Assembly (NCBI RefSeq): GCF_009914755.1
Contig: NC_060944.1
Direction: 5' to 3' (one strand)
From: the human T2T-CHM13v2.0 reference genome, Homo sapiens
Length of the DNA stretch: 64,000 nucleotides
Both the position numbers and the translations under genes were made by a program. The notes under the pieces are model-generated. The model was not told where the DNA came from, searched no databases, and saw nothing but the letters and a program-made list of their open reading frames with translations. Below are positions 32,741-51,180 of the stretch, one piece after another (within the stretch, counting starts at the first letter, position 1; every line of letters begins with the position of its first letter).

Positions 32741-33135
32741 AGTCCCATTGGATCTTAACCTCGACCTTGGAAGGAGGTGCCATTTTCCACATGGACAGAG
32801 GAGGCTGAGGGGTGGAGTAGCTTTCCCAGTGTCACCTTGCTGGTGAGAGGCTGAATCAGGATTGGAGCTTCCTAGAATGTGGAGCAGCTTGTACCAAAGC
32901 CCTTCTAGGGCTAGGTGTCTTGGGAAAGATGGAGATCTCACCTGACCCCTGATCCTTAGAGATCTTCGAATTATCTTCCAGAAAAACTAAGAGCCTGACG
33001 CAGGCCTTTCTAATTCCCCACTCAGGGTGGGATGTGGTACCTGGACCAGCAAGGCTAAGGAGAAGAATAAGCACTCACGAATGCTTGCTCTCTGGGCGAT
33101 ATATACTCACTATCTCTATCCCCAACTTCCCAAAA

Positions 33136-33767
33136 TATTACCAGAAAGGGGTCCTGATCCAGAACCTCAAGAGAGTGTTCTTGGATCTCACGCAAGAAAG
33201 AATTTGGGGTGAGTTCATAAAGTGAAAGCAAGTTTATTAGAGAAGTAATGACGGAAAAGAATGGCTACTCCACAGGCTAAGCAGCAACATGGGCTGCTCA
33301 GTCGCGTATACTTGTGGTTATTTCTTGAGTCTGTGCTAAAGGGGTGGATTATTCATGAGTTTTCCTGGAAAGGGGCGAGGACTTCCCAGAACTGAGGGTT
33401 CCTTCCCCTTTTAGACCATATAGGGTAACTTGGAAATTGCCATGGCATTTGTAAACTGTCTTGGCACTGGTGGTCATGTCTTTTAGCATGCCAATGTATT
33501 ATAATTAACATATAATGAGCAGTGAGGATGACCAGAGGGCACTCTCATCGCCATCTTGGTTTTGATTGGTTTGGCCAGCTTCTTTACCGCATCCTGTTTT
33601 ATCAGCAGGGTCTTTATGACCTGTATCTTGTGATACCAGTCCTGCTGACCTCCTAGCTCATCTGGTGACTAAGAATGCCTAACCTCCTGGGAACGCAGCC
33701 CAGCAGGTCTCAGCCTCATTTTGCCCCTGTTCTAGATGAAGTCACTCTAGTTATAACACCACTGACA
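33136..33767 (-). mobile_element. MER41 (B/C-type) ERV1 solo LTR, 632 bp
   Basis: collinear with the recalled MER41 consensus end to end (t(a)ttaccagaaaggggtcc...gaccatatagggtaact...gactaagaatgcctaacc...ctgaca); flanked by AAAA on both sides (possible 4-bp TSD). Confidence 0.88.
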
Positions 33768-34883
33768 AAAACACCCTGGGAAGCACTTGGCCTTGCCATT
33801 GTATCTTGTGAGTGAGAACCAAAAAGCAGAGAGAGGTTCTGCAAAGGTCAAACAGCCATTGGGGACTGGGCAGGATTTGAATCCAAATTTACCTGGCTTT
33901 CCTGCTGCACCCCTAACCACTACCCCAGTCGCATCCTCAGGAGGCCCTGCTGTGTGTCTGCAACTCAGGCATCCCATGCCTCCCCTGCCCAGTCCTTCGG
34001 GTCCCTAAAGACTGGGGCATCCAGGCTCCAGGCTTTTGGGATGGTCTGATGGGCTACTGTCTGAAGGAAAGGCAAGAAAGGAGCGGTCTTCAGGGAGATG
34101 GATGGAGTTTCTTGGTTCCCTTGCAATCAACCACGAATGTTCCTCACCACACTTGACCTTGCTTTCTGGCAGCTCATCGCTGCTAAACTCCTCTCCCAGA
34201 AAATGGAGCAGCTGCAAAGAGAGGTTAAGATACAGCCCTTTGCCCTCCCAGCCCCCAGCGTCACCCTTCCATCAGCAACCCAGCGTCTGATGGATGGTGC
34301 CTGCTTACCCTTCAGCACAGAAGCCATCTGTGACCCCTGCACTAGGCCAGGGCTCTGCATGTCCCTCTCCTTCACTGTACATGTGGATTCATTGCACAAG
34401 AGGTGGTAGCTGGCTAACAAAAAGAGCTGTTTAAAGTGAGGACTTTCTCATCGCACATCAACAAAGAAAATATTGACGTATGAACCCAAATGTTTTAATG
34501 GTGGAGTTTCAGGCAGCGTCTCCAGTGCCCCCTCTTCGAGCTGTGTCAGTGAAGGCCCACAGCTATTCTTTGAAAATGGTCTCTTGATTGACATTGCCCT
34601 TGGTCTTTCCTGCATAAAACATTAAACTGCTACAAATTCCATCCCAGGTTTCTTTAACTGCAATGAGAATTTAAAGACATTTGCAAAGCCATCCCAGTGT
34701 AGAATCCTTCTTGATCTTTATGATTTTTTTTCCTCCTAAGATTTTCTGTTGTCTGTTCCAAATTTAATCTTGCTTTTAGAGGGGTTTTTTTGTTTTTCGT
34801 TTTTTTGGTTTTTTGGTTTTTTTTGCACCTCACCTTTCCAGAGTATTTATCTTAGGTTTTCATAGAAAGAACCCTTATAGCTG

Positions 34884-35217
<334 letters not shown>

Positions 35218-35542
35218 TTAGTGTACATAATAAATAATTCGAGTAATTACAAAAGCAAGTACAGCAAACAGGTGGTAGGCTTTCATGTGGACTCCAGTAG
35301 GGCCCAGTTGGACTTTTCAAAGTCTATCCCAAGGCTGCATCATAAATAATTCGGGTGATTACAGTGGCAAGTACAGCCAACAAGTTTGGAAATGCACATT
35401 TCCTTCTCTTGAGAAGCAGGCCGCACAACTGGTGGCAATTGTGTGTGAGTAGCCTACAGACCCCAGCATTCAGTCTTCCAGGAGTACCAGCAGGAATGGG
35501 GAATACTGATCAGTCCAGCCAATCTGTTCAGGATGACCATTA

Positions 35543-35908
<366 letters not shown>

Positions 35909-36288
35909 TTAGTGTCTAGTTCTGCTATTAAACTCTAAATTCTGAGAGGCCAGGACCTCCCAAAGGAAAACTTTGTAATGGTGGAGTTTCAGGCACTGTC
36001 TCCAGCCAGTGCCCCCTCCTCAGGCTATGTCAGTGACTCCCTAGCTCAGGTGTCCAGCCCTGGGACAGACTGAAAAGTCCAACTGGACCCTAGTGGAGTC
36101 CACATGGGGGCCCACATAGTTTTATTGTTTGTATTTCCTTGGTACCTGGCTCATGACAAGCACTTATAAATATTTGTAAATCAGTGATCACTGAGCACAT
36201 GTGTGGAATAATGTGACTGCAGTGATCAGCACGGGGCCAGACCAGAGCTGGGGAACTCACTCAGTCATTCTCTTCCCATGTTTTTCAG

Positions 36289-36352
36289 ATTTGCGAAATG
36301 ATCCAGAAATCAGTGTCCTCCGATCTACAGCCTTATCTCCAAACTCTGCCAG
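36289..36352 (+). CDS. LBP: LBP exon 6 (ICEMIQKSVSSDLQPYLQTLP)
   Basis: ttcag|ATT, AG|gtagga, 64 nt. Confidence 0.97.
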
Positions 36353-36422
36353 GTAGGACACCCCATCCATCCCGGGACACTTTTATTTCTGTTAATTTCT
36401 ATAAGAGCATATATATATCTTA

Positions 36423-36787
<365 letters not shown>

Positions 36788-37583
36788 TCATTTTTCTCCC
36801 CCACTTTTCTTCCAAGAAGTAACTTCTGTTTTGGGTGTATCTTTTCAGATATTTTCTTTGTATGTACAAATATAAATACATGTAAGCATATAAATAGACA
36901 TTCATGTATGTATTATTTTGTTCATGAATCTATGTGTATATGTATTATTTTAAATATATATGTTCATATACATATAGTATAGGCATTGTTCCAGATTTCT
37001 TTTTTTTGAGATGGGGTCTCACTCTGTGTCCCAGGCTGGAGTGCAGTGGTGTGATCTCGGCTCACTGCAGCCTCAAACTCTTGAGCTCAAGTGATCCTCC
37101 TGCCTCAGCCACCTGAGTAGCTGGGACTACAGGTGCATGCCACCACACCCGGCTACTTTTTGTATTTTTTGTAGAGACAGGGTTTCTTTATGTTGCCCAG
37201 GCTGGTCTCGAACTCCTGGGCTCAAGTGATCTGCCCACCTCAGCCTCCCAAAGTACTGGGATGACAGGCACGAGCCACTGTGCCAGCTTGATTTCATTTT
37301 TAAAAACTTTTTATTGAAGTATATTTATAAAGAAAAGTGCTCAAATCATAAGTGTGCTGTTAAAGAGTTTTTACATGCATGTAACCAGCTCCCAACCGAG
37401 AAACAGAACACGGCTGGTTTTTCAGAGCCCCTGGTGTCCCCCTCGGTCACTGCCCAGCCCTCCAGGGTCACCACCATCCCAACTTCTACCAGCAAAGATT
37501 AGTTTTGCACTTTGCACATGAATGGAATCAGACAATATTTTGAGTCTCTTTTCAAAAGCCAGAAGGCTTTCTTTGTTCAACTT

Positions 37584-38566
<983 letters not shown>

Positions 38567-39559
38567 ATGCATATTGTTGCATGCACCTGTAGTGTAGCTG
38601 GTTTATTCTCCTTGCTGCATAGTATATCACCATGTAGATGTTTCCCCATTTATTTGTTCATTCTACTGTTGAAGGCCATCTGGGGGGTGTTCAGTTTTAG
38701 GCCATTATCCGTAGTGCTGCTATAAATGTCCTAGTACCTATGGTCGCATGTCTTTGGGTATATATCTGGGAGTGAAATTGCAAGCTCGTCATATCATGTG
38801 ATATGCCCAGATTCAGCATTATAAGATCCTGCCAAACAGTTTTCCAAAGTGGTTGTAACAGACCTTATTTGTTAACAGCCGTGTAGTGTTCCATCACATG
38901 GATGTGTCTTCATTTATTTAATAAGTCCCCCACTGATGGACATTTAGGTGCTTTGCTGTCCCTTGCTATTGCCAACAGGGCTGCAAGGAGCCATCTACAA
39001 GTGGAGTCTCTGGATCCAGGGTGCACACATTAAGCTCGGAGGGGGAGACCCTGGCAAATTATCTGAGATGTTCTCTGATGCCTTAGCTCCTAAGCCCCTA
39101 TGCGGTTATTTGCTGACATCACCTTTACCAGAGGTCCAGGTCGGCAACCCGGTACTGGGACTTGGAACATTCATCCATTCAGGGTTTTGGAGGGGAGTGT
39201 CTGGGCCCTCTGGACATGCCATGCCTGACCTTCCTGGTTATTGGCTCAGCATTAAGCTCCAGGTGTGGCTGGAGAGGTGAAGCCTGGACTCATGGTGTGT
39301 GTGTATGTGTGTGTGTGTGTGTGCTTGTCTGGAAACTGCTTAGGCCCTAGGCTGAGCATACACCCCCACCATTGTTAACTCATCCAAGGGAATCCATGTA
39401 GTGTCTTTCTTGAAGAAGCAATTCTTTGCCTCAGGGCCGGGCTAGTAGGGGGATTCTGAAGAAAGTCACAGGGAATGTGAGTCAGCCAGAGCCCTTGCCC
39501 CTCCTCCAGCAGCTGAAAGTGTCATCTGGCCCCTAATTCTGCCCTGTCCTCATTCACAG

Positions 39560-39651
39560 TTACAACAGAGATTGACAGTTTCGCCGACATTGATTATAGC
39601 TTAGTGGAAGCCCCTCGGGCAACAGCCCAGATGCTGGAGGTGATGTTTAAG
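39560..39651 (+). CDS. LBP: LBP exon 7 (VTTEIDSFADIDYSLVEAPRATAQMLEVMFK)
   Basis: cacag|TT, AAG|gtgagg, 92 nt. Confidence 0.97.
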
Positions 39652-40160
39652 GTGAGGGTCCTGGGGCCGGGCTGCGTGGGTGAGGCTTTCCCTCAGGGTC
39701 AGCCATTCTTTGGGCCACCTGTCCCCCCAACTTCAGATCTGTCCTCATCCTCCCAGTGGTTCCCGCTTTGTCAAGGGCCGGGTGATATGGAGTGGTGGGG
39801 AGTGTTTCCAGAGCTAGGATTCTCCCACGGCTGTCTTACACCTCTCAGGTCTTAACGCTTCCCTCCTCCTTCTTCCCCTACTTTGCCTTGCCCATCATGC
39901 AGAAAAGGCCAATCAGAGCGGGTCTTAGGGAGTGTAGATGGGCCTAGGGCATATAGAGGGGCTGGCCAGGACTTCCTGTGGGTTAATGTAGCAAAGCTTC
40001 TGGTGAGCTTTTCATTAAAAGACATAACACTGCCTTTAATGGTGGAGTTTCAGGCAGTGTTCCAGCCAGCGTCCCTTCATCGGACTGTGTAGGGGAATAC
40101 CTAGCCCCTGCCCCACGATAGGCTTTGAAAAGTCCAATTGGACCCTATTTCCCTCTCCAG

Positions 40161-40337
40161 GGTGAAATCTTTCATCGTAACCACCGTTCTCCAGTTACCC
40201 TCCTTGCTGCAGTCATGAGCCTTCCTGAGGAACACAACAAAATGGTCTACTTTGCCATCTCGGATTATGTCTTCAACACGGCCAGCCTGGTTTATCATGA
40301 GGAAGGATATCTGAACTTCTCCATCACAGATGACATG
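40161..40337 (+). CDS. LBP: LBP exon 8 (GEIFHRNHRS...NFSITDDM)
   Basis: tccag|GGT, ATG|gtgagg, 177 nt. Confidence 0.97.
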
Positions 40338-40515
40338 GTGAGGATGGTGGCAAACAGGTCTCTCAAATGAACACATAACCTACCGCTCCTTCCTTCTTTC
40401 CTTTTCACCCCTGTTGACATCAGTCAAATAGTGAGTTATAGCTAAGAGAAAAATCAACACCAAGAAAAATATGTTAGCACAATCTCCCTTTTTACTTTGG
40501 CAACCAAGAAACTCA

Positions 40516-41335
<820 letters not shown>

Positions 41336-42352
41336 GTGAATGAGGCAAGATAATACATGCACTGATAAATGCATATATTTTCAGAGAAAAGGAAATAAAG
41401 ACCAAGTGAAAATAAAGCACAATTATAAAGACACTGAGCCCTTAAATTAATTTCTTTAACATCTCAAACCTGTCGGGGAGCTTCCTTGTAGCTAAAGTGA
41501 AAAAGATACATGATTTCATGATTCATGGTGAAAAGGAGAGACAGTCTTCCTCACACCCCCAAAACAACTGTTTCCAATGTGGCTTTGTATAAGGGAGACT
41601 GAATTTTACAGTGGATCTCACCTTTAATGGTTCTCCAGTTTATCTAATATTTCTGGGTTTCAAAAAGTTGTTTCTTGAAGCACTTCATAAAAGTTGAGGC
41701 CTCATGAATAATGTCAGGATGGTGGGAGAAACAGTGTGGTTCGGCTCAGACGGTCCAGCTTACCCTGGTATAAGTCAGGGGCCGTCTGGTAGATCGAGGG
41801 TCATTTTGTCCTTCTGATGGCCTCCTACACCTGCACAGGCCTTCGCTTCTGGCATCGTGTTTGGTTTACCCATCCTACTGCGGCACGGGCCTCTCTTTCA
41901 ATGGGATGATAATAGCTACGTTTTATGGAGCACTCACCATGTGCTGGGCCTTGTGCTAGGATGTTCGTTTAGGCCTCACAGTGACTCGAAGGTGGGGACT
42001 ATTGTTATCCCCATTTTATGGATAAGGAAGTTGAGGTTCAGGGAGATGGAAGGGCTGGCCTGAGATCACAAAGTCAGGACACAAACCGAAGTCTGTGTGA
42101 CCGCAAACCTCACCCTCGCAGACCCTCTGAGTGGGAGCCACACATCAGCTGCCCCCCGGGGAGAGCGGGCAGGATGCTGAAGTCCCATGTGCTCTCCTTG
42201 GGTGAATGCAGGACAGGCATCTCCTCCCTGCCAGGGTAACCCAGGCTGTGGAGAAGCGACAGTCTTGCACATCCCCCTGTCTCCCCAATCTTCTTTAGAC
42301 CTTCAGCTCCAGCGGGAGCACCCTAAAACTTCTTCATGTCTCTTTGCTGCAG

Positions 42353-42412
42353 ATACCGCCTGACTCTAATATCCGACTGACCACCAAGTCCTTCCGACCC
42401 TTCGTCCCACGG
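42353..42412 (+). CDS. LBP: LBP exon 9 (IPPDSNIRLTTKSFRPFVPR)
   Basis: tgcag|ATA, CGG|gtaagg, 60 nt. Confidence 0.97.
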
Positions 42413-42700
42413 GTAAGGAGTCCCTTAGTTCCCCATGAGTGCAGACCGAGCCTACTAGACTCCAGAGGTTTCTCTTTAAAACCTCTGCATCTCTCAGCTT
42501 GACCAAGAGTGAGAAGGCCGGGATGAGACTCCCACTGAAGGCTGGGGTGCTGCTCCTTTCAAAGCCTAAATAACAGAGGCCACGCCCCATATCTTGTGGG
42601 ACCACAGCTTGTCCAATCTTTTATTGGTGTTATCTAAGAATCCCAAGGAATGCTGGCATAGTCCATAAAATGTACCCTAATGAACAGCAGCTAACAATTA

Positions 42701-44239
<1,539 letters not shown>

Positions 44240-44578
44240 CTAGGAATGTTTTCCTGAAAAGAATAGCCAAGGGTGCTCACAGGAGGTGGTCATTATAATG
44301 GCAAAACCCTGGAGACAACTTGATGCCCAATAGAGTTTAATCCATCGCAGGACCCATACATAACGAAATACAACACAGCCGTGAAATAGATGGTGCAGAC
44401 TCTGTGTCTGACATGGAGAGATGGCCAGTTTTGCCACTAGGAGAAAAAGGCACAGAGAATTTTGTTGGAAATAAAATCAATCGAAAGCAACTTCCAGCTT
44501 TATCTGACTCCCTCAGGCCTCTCCTGGCAGACTTGTATATTTTCTTCTCTTGATGTAATCTCCTAATTCTGCTCCCAG

Positions 44579-44746
44579 TTAGCCAGGCTCTACCCCAACA
44601 TGAACCTGGAACTCCAGGGATCAGTGCCCTCTGCTCCGCTCCTGAACTTCAGCCCTGGGAATCTGTCTGTGGACCCCTATATGGAGATAGATGCCTTTGT
44701 GCTCCTGCCCAGCTCCAGCAAGGAGCCTGTCTTCCGGCTCAGTGTG
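44579..44746 (+). CDS. LBP: LBP exon 10 (LARLYPNMNLELQG...VFRLSV)
   Basis: cccag|TTA, GTG|gtaagg, 168 nt. Confidence 0.97.
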
Positions 44747-45675
44747 GTAAGGTTCAGAGCCTTTGCAAATGCTGTTTCCTTTTCCCCACATGCTTTTCCC
44801 TTTTCCCCACATGCTTTTCTCCCCACTCACCACCTGGGTAATTCCTCCAGGTCTCAACTTAAATATTACTTCCCGAGAGAGGGCTTTCTTGCTGGCCCTT
44901 ACCCCCAATCTACCTTACGCCCCTTGCCACTTTTTCTTGTAACACCCCATTATCTTTCTTCTCAGCGTTTACTACAAAGATACTTTGTAGCTGTCTGCAG
45001 GTGTATTTGTTTAATGCATGTATCTCTCACTATGTGAGTCTGGGCTATTGTGGGGAGAAAGGTATACTGGTGTTTGTCTATTTGTCTATTTTGACCTTGG
45101 AAGACTACATTTCCCAAGCTTCTTTGCACTTTGATTTCCACCCAGGTCAACCAATGGGAGGTACTGTCAGGAGAATGATGGCGGGGAGGAAGGATGAAGC
45201 CAGAGTACTATTTCCTCTTTCTTTACCACGGCAGAGGCTCTGGCTGTGACTATGTCTCCTCATGGTGACTTCCATAATTCCACCTCCACTCTTTGTTCCT
45301 CTAGTCCTGGGGTGGATACAGCCTCCTGTCTCTGGATAATCTCTGGGTGGCCTCACCAACTCTTTACTAGCTTCTCAACAATTCCATCACTTGTATAACC
45401 AATTCCCCGTATTAAATTCCCTCTGCGTTAAACATTGAGAGTCAGTTTTCCTTTTTTGATGGACTCTGTCTAATAGGGAAGGGATGTTGGGTCCTTTGGG
45501 GGCCTTGCTCCCTGGATGGAGAACTCTGCTCTCTTGTTTCTTGACTTTTGAAATCAACAAGTCAAATCTCTACCAGGGTAATTCTTCCTAGAGGCTATAT
45601 CTGCAATTTAATATTGTTGTTATTGTTATCAAAAGTGTCATTATTAATATATTTTAAATTAAAATATAATTTACT

Positions 45676-45976
<301 letters not shown>

Positions 45977-46321
45977 TTATTAATGTTGTTACTAGGGCTG
46001 AATCTTGACCTGAGATAACTAGAAATGATCCTTTTTAGAGCTTTCCAAGGGTAGGTACTCTATACCTTCTCTTAGTAGTCTGTTCAAAGTTTAACTGCTA
46101 ACATAAACAACAATTTCAAGTAAAAATGTTCAAGTCCAAGTTCAAATATTGTTTGAGCACCTACAGTGAGCCTTCTGGGAGTCTATGATCTAGTGGGCAA
46201 ATTTCCTGCTTTAGCTCATTGAGCTGTTTGTTGAGAGGAGACAGTTGGTCCCTCGTCATCATCCTTCCTATACATACAACCTTCATCACTTACACCTGCT
46301 TCCTTCTTCTGGCATTTCCAG

Positions 46322-46389
46322 GCCACTAATGTGTCCGCCACCTTGACCTTCAATACCAGCAAGATCACTGGGTTCCTGAAGCCAGGAAA
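46322..46389 (+). CDS. LBP: LBP exon 11 (ATNVSATLTFNTSKITGFLKPGK)
   Basis: tccag|GCC, AA|gtaagt, 68 nt. Confidence 0.97.
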
Positions 46390-46863
46390 GTAAGTTGGCC
46401 TCCTACCTACATGGGGGTGCCCAGCTGGACTCCATCTGTATGCTGTAGCTGCTTCTCTGTAGCTGGTGGGAGGGGGGGCCACCATTTGGAAAGGACACTT
46501 ACATTTCACCCCAATTGGCCCAATTCTTCTGCCCCACTGGTCCTGCCCCCACAAATCTCAAATTGTTAAAGAATTCACTAAGACTGTTACTTCTTAATGT
46601 ATGAATTTTAGAAGCCAGCTATATGAACTTCCTGAAATGATAAAGAGTGAGCTTTTTGACACTATCTCATCTGCCCTGTGACAGTCTTCCCGATGTCATT
46701 GTATCACTGCTTTTAGTTCCTCAGTCATCTTTTCCACTCCTGCTCCCGCCCTACCTTTGGCCCTGTGCCTTCTCAAGCCCATCCTTTCTCGCTTCTGGGG
46801 ACCCCCGCATTGCTTAAACTTGCATAAAGCCCACACCTTTTAATCTTCTCTGATTCATTACAG

Positions 46864-46906
46864 GGTAAAAGTGGAACTGAAAGAATCCAAAGTTGGACTA
46901 TTCAAT
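46864..46906 (+). CDS. LBP: LBP exon 12 (VKVELKESKVGLFN)
   Basis: tacag|G, AAT|gtaagt, 43 nt. Confidence 0.96.
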
Positions 46907-48655
46907 GTAAGTTGTTTTTATTGATGACATGATTAGAATGTTAATTAATTTGGGGTGTTTCCTAAGCAATTGCTATGGCACCTATAATAGGAAATACAAA
47001 AGGAGAAGAGTTGATTTTTTGCCCTGCAGAAGTGTAAAAGGTCTCGAAAACACAAGACATAGGGCCAAGGAACAGTTATATCCTAGTATAAAACAATATA
47101 TAATTAAGTCATCTACTGAACAGAATTCTCTTAACTGCAAGAGACAGAAAGCCAATTGAAATCATCTTAAGCAAAGAGGAGAAATATATAGGATTATATA
47201 ATTGAAAAGCAAAAATAAACGAAAAAACTAAGACCAGAGGTTTCAGGCATAGCTGGATCCAGGTGTTCTAATTAGTGCATCAAGAATCTCTCTCCATCTC
47301 TCTGTTCTGTTTTCATTTGTGTTAGCTTCACTCTCAGGCAGGCTCTTCCAATTGGTAGCAAGCCCCAGAGTTTCCTACAGTTTCAGTTTTTTAAAAAATT
47401 TGCACACACACACACAAAATCTCTGTGCTAGCTCTCATTGGACTAATCTTAGGCACCCAGTCTTAAGCCAAGCACTGTGGCCAGAAGTCAGCCCAGCATG
47501 GATCTCATCTACACTCCAGGAGGCAGGATTTGCAGTCAGCTACATCCAAAGCACATGGACCAAGACTGGCAAGGAGGGTTGTTCCCTGGGGGAAAATAGA
47601 CTCCGTTATCAAAACAAGAGGGATTGAGTGCTGAGCAGGTAAATCCAAGAAGTGATTTCCACAAGGTAGAAAAAGTGGTGAAGTAGACGGCCCCAAATAA
47701 AAGGAGGAAAGAGAACGTGAAAATCAGTGTGGGCCAAAGTTATGGAGAAGAGCTTTCTGGAAAGAGGGAAGGAGGAGCTGGGTAGACTTTAATGTGTAGT
47801 CGTTGGCTTCTCTTTTACCATTCCATGATGCTGGCCTCCACTGACCACCTCCACCTGTGCCCTGCCTCCCAGACTTTCCCGAAGCACTTATGAAGTGGAA
47901 ACAAACACAGAGGCGGTGGGGAGAGATGCAGGGACCCTGAAGCTAACTCCTTTCAGAGAATAAAGGGTGGAGTGAATAATGGTGCACTCATATTGTATCT
48001 GTGCGTGTTTACTGCAAAGTAAAACATTCAAGTGAGAAGTTTCACAAAAATCCATCCTGTCGGGTTTTCAGAGCATGAAATGTAAAAACAAAAACTACAG
48101 ACTCAGATACATTTAGATTCGAATCCTGATGCTGCTGCCCAGTTTGTAGTAAGTCCCTTTCATTCTGTAGGCCTCAGTTTCCCGATATATGGAATAGGGA
48201 CATTAATATGAACTTTGAGGGGTTGTTGTGAAGATTGAATCAGACATGCACGTAAAGCTCTGAGCTCTCTGCTTGGCATATAGTGGGGGTTAGAAGTTGT
48301 GTTTCATGATTTTGGTAGAGAAGCTTATTTTGTTTTTATTAAATTTTTTAAATTATGTAGGTAGTTCAGGAAAAACATTCTCACTGTAAATAAAACCGAT
48401 ACTAAAGATAAGGCTAAGGACATGTCAAATGTTGATGTTCTTCCTTTAGAGGAAAGACTGTCGGGTGTGTAACTTTCCAAAATTTTTCTATTCACTTGCA
48501 TACCAAATGTTCATCTCAAAAGAGTTTTATCTTATAAAATAGTAGCATGATGTAATACTAGTTTGCTTTTCCCAAGCGTTTTGCTATGTTGGCACACACA
48601 GAACCACCATGTGGCCCTGTGGCGATGTAAATATATCTCTCCTGTTCTCTTCCAG

Positions 48656-48719
48656 GCAGAGCTGTTGGAAGCGCTCCTCAACTATTACATCCTTAACACC
48701 TTCTACCCCAAGTTCAATG
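48656..48719 (+). CDS. LBP: LBP exon 13 (AELLEALLNYYILNTFYPKFN)
   Basis: tccag|GCA, G|gtaaga, 64 nt. Confidence 0.97.
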
Positions 48720-49520
48720 GTAAGAATCACTGTGGATTTTTCCAAGTCAAAAGTGAACACTGCTGTCTGGAGGAAAGAGAGTTGGACTTGGAAAACAGGG
48801 CTCTCCTGGGGGCTGTATGACCGTGGGCAAGTCACTTCTCTCTGAGCTTAGTGACCTGCCTGTGACATGGGATCGTTGAAGTTGGCCTCATCTCCCTCCA
48901 GGGCTCTAATGAGGGTTGGGGGCTGGGACAGCTCTTTGGAGCACGGGAAACCTCCTTATAAGCGGGACAGAGGGACACATGGAAGTGCCCCACATCCTGA
49001 AGAGGCAGGTCAAAGACTGAGGACCAAGTTAATATAGAAGGCACAAGGCAGCCGCCTCTGAACTCACATCTCCCAGTCAATTGCCCAACTGCCTAGTCAA
49101 AAAAGAAAGCAAAAAACTTAAATCCTGTTTCCATGAAGCTTTGCTTCTTTTGGCTGCAACAGAGAACAGGACGGGCAAAGGGCAGGGAGTGGAACGCCCT
49201 GTTCTTTATCTTATCATGAATGTGTGCTTCCTCCAGACAGCACCATGCCTGATAGCTTAGGCTCCCAAGTCAGCCTCCCTGGGTTTAAATCCCCTTTCTG
49301 ACACTTCCTGTGTGACCTAGAACAAGTTACTTGGCCACTCTGTGCCTCAGTTTCCTTATCTGTAAAATGGAAAGAATAATCACACCTACCTCATAGTCTT
49401 GGAAATCACTAAATGGGAATATACTGAATATAGAGTTTGCAGAGAACATTTTCGGTAAAAATCTGTCTCTAATTATTATTTATTCACCAATCTCTTTCAA
49501 TGTTGTGCTTCAACCTCTAG

Positions 49521-49597
49521 ATAAGTTGGCCGAAGGCTTCCCCCTTCCTCTGCTGAAGCGTGTTCAGCTCTACGACCTTGGGCTGCAGATCCATAAG
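49521..49597 (+). CDS. LBP: LBP exon 14 (DKLAEGFPLPLLKRVQLYDLGLQIHK)
   Basis: tctag|AT, AAG|gtcggt, 77 nt. Confidence 0.96.
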
Positions 49598-49900
49598 GTC
49601 GGTGGGTTCAGGGGGGCTCTGAGGATGTGTGAGGGAGGAGGTGGTTTGCATGCTAGCTTTGGGGCCATGATTCATGGGTGACACCCAGCCCAGCCCTGCA
49701 GCTGGGAAAGTCTGGCCAGGGGCAGGACGGGTGCTCCTGGGCCTTGCCATATGCCACAAAGCCATCCACATGTCCTTCAGAAGTGGCACCTCTGCTGGTG
49801 CAGGTGGCATTTGACACAGCCCTATGCCACCACCACATCCCATCCCTACCATGAGGGGCCTGAGGGAAGCTCAAGACCAGCTCGTTTTGAAAATACTGCG

Positions 49901-51180
<1,280 letters not shown>

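Noticed and set aside
46861-46870. cag-g-gtaaaa (and ccag-g-gtgaaa at exon 8) as recursive or zero-length splice sites
   Set aside because: GT is offset by one base from the AG, the donor match is weak, and normal use is required for the reading frame
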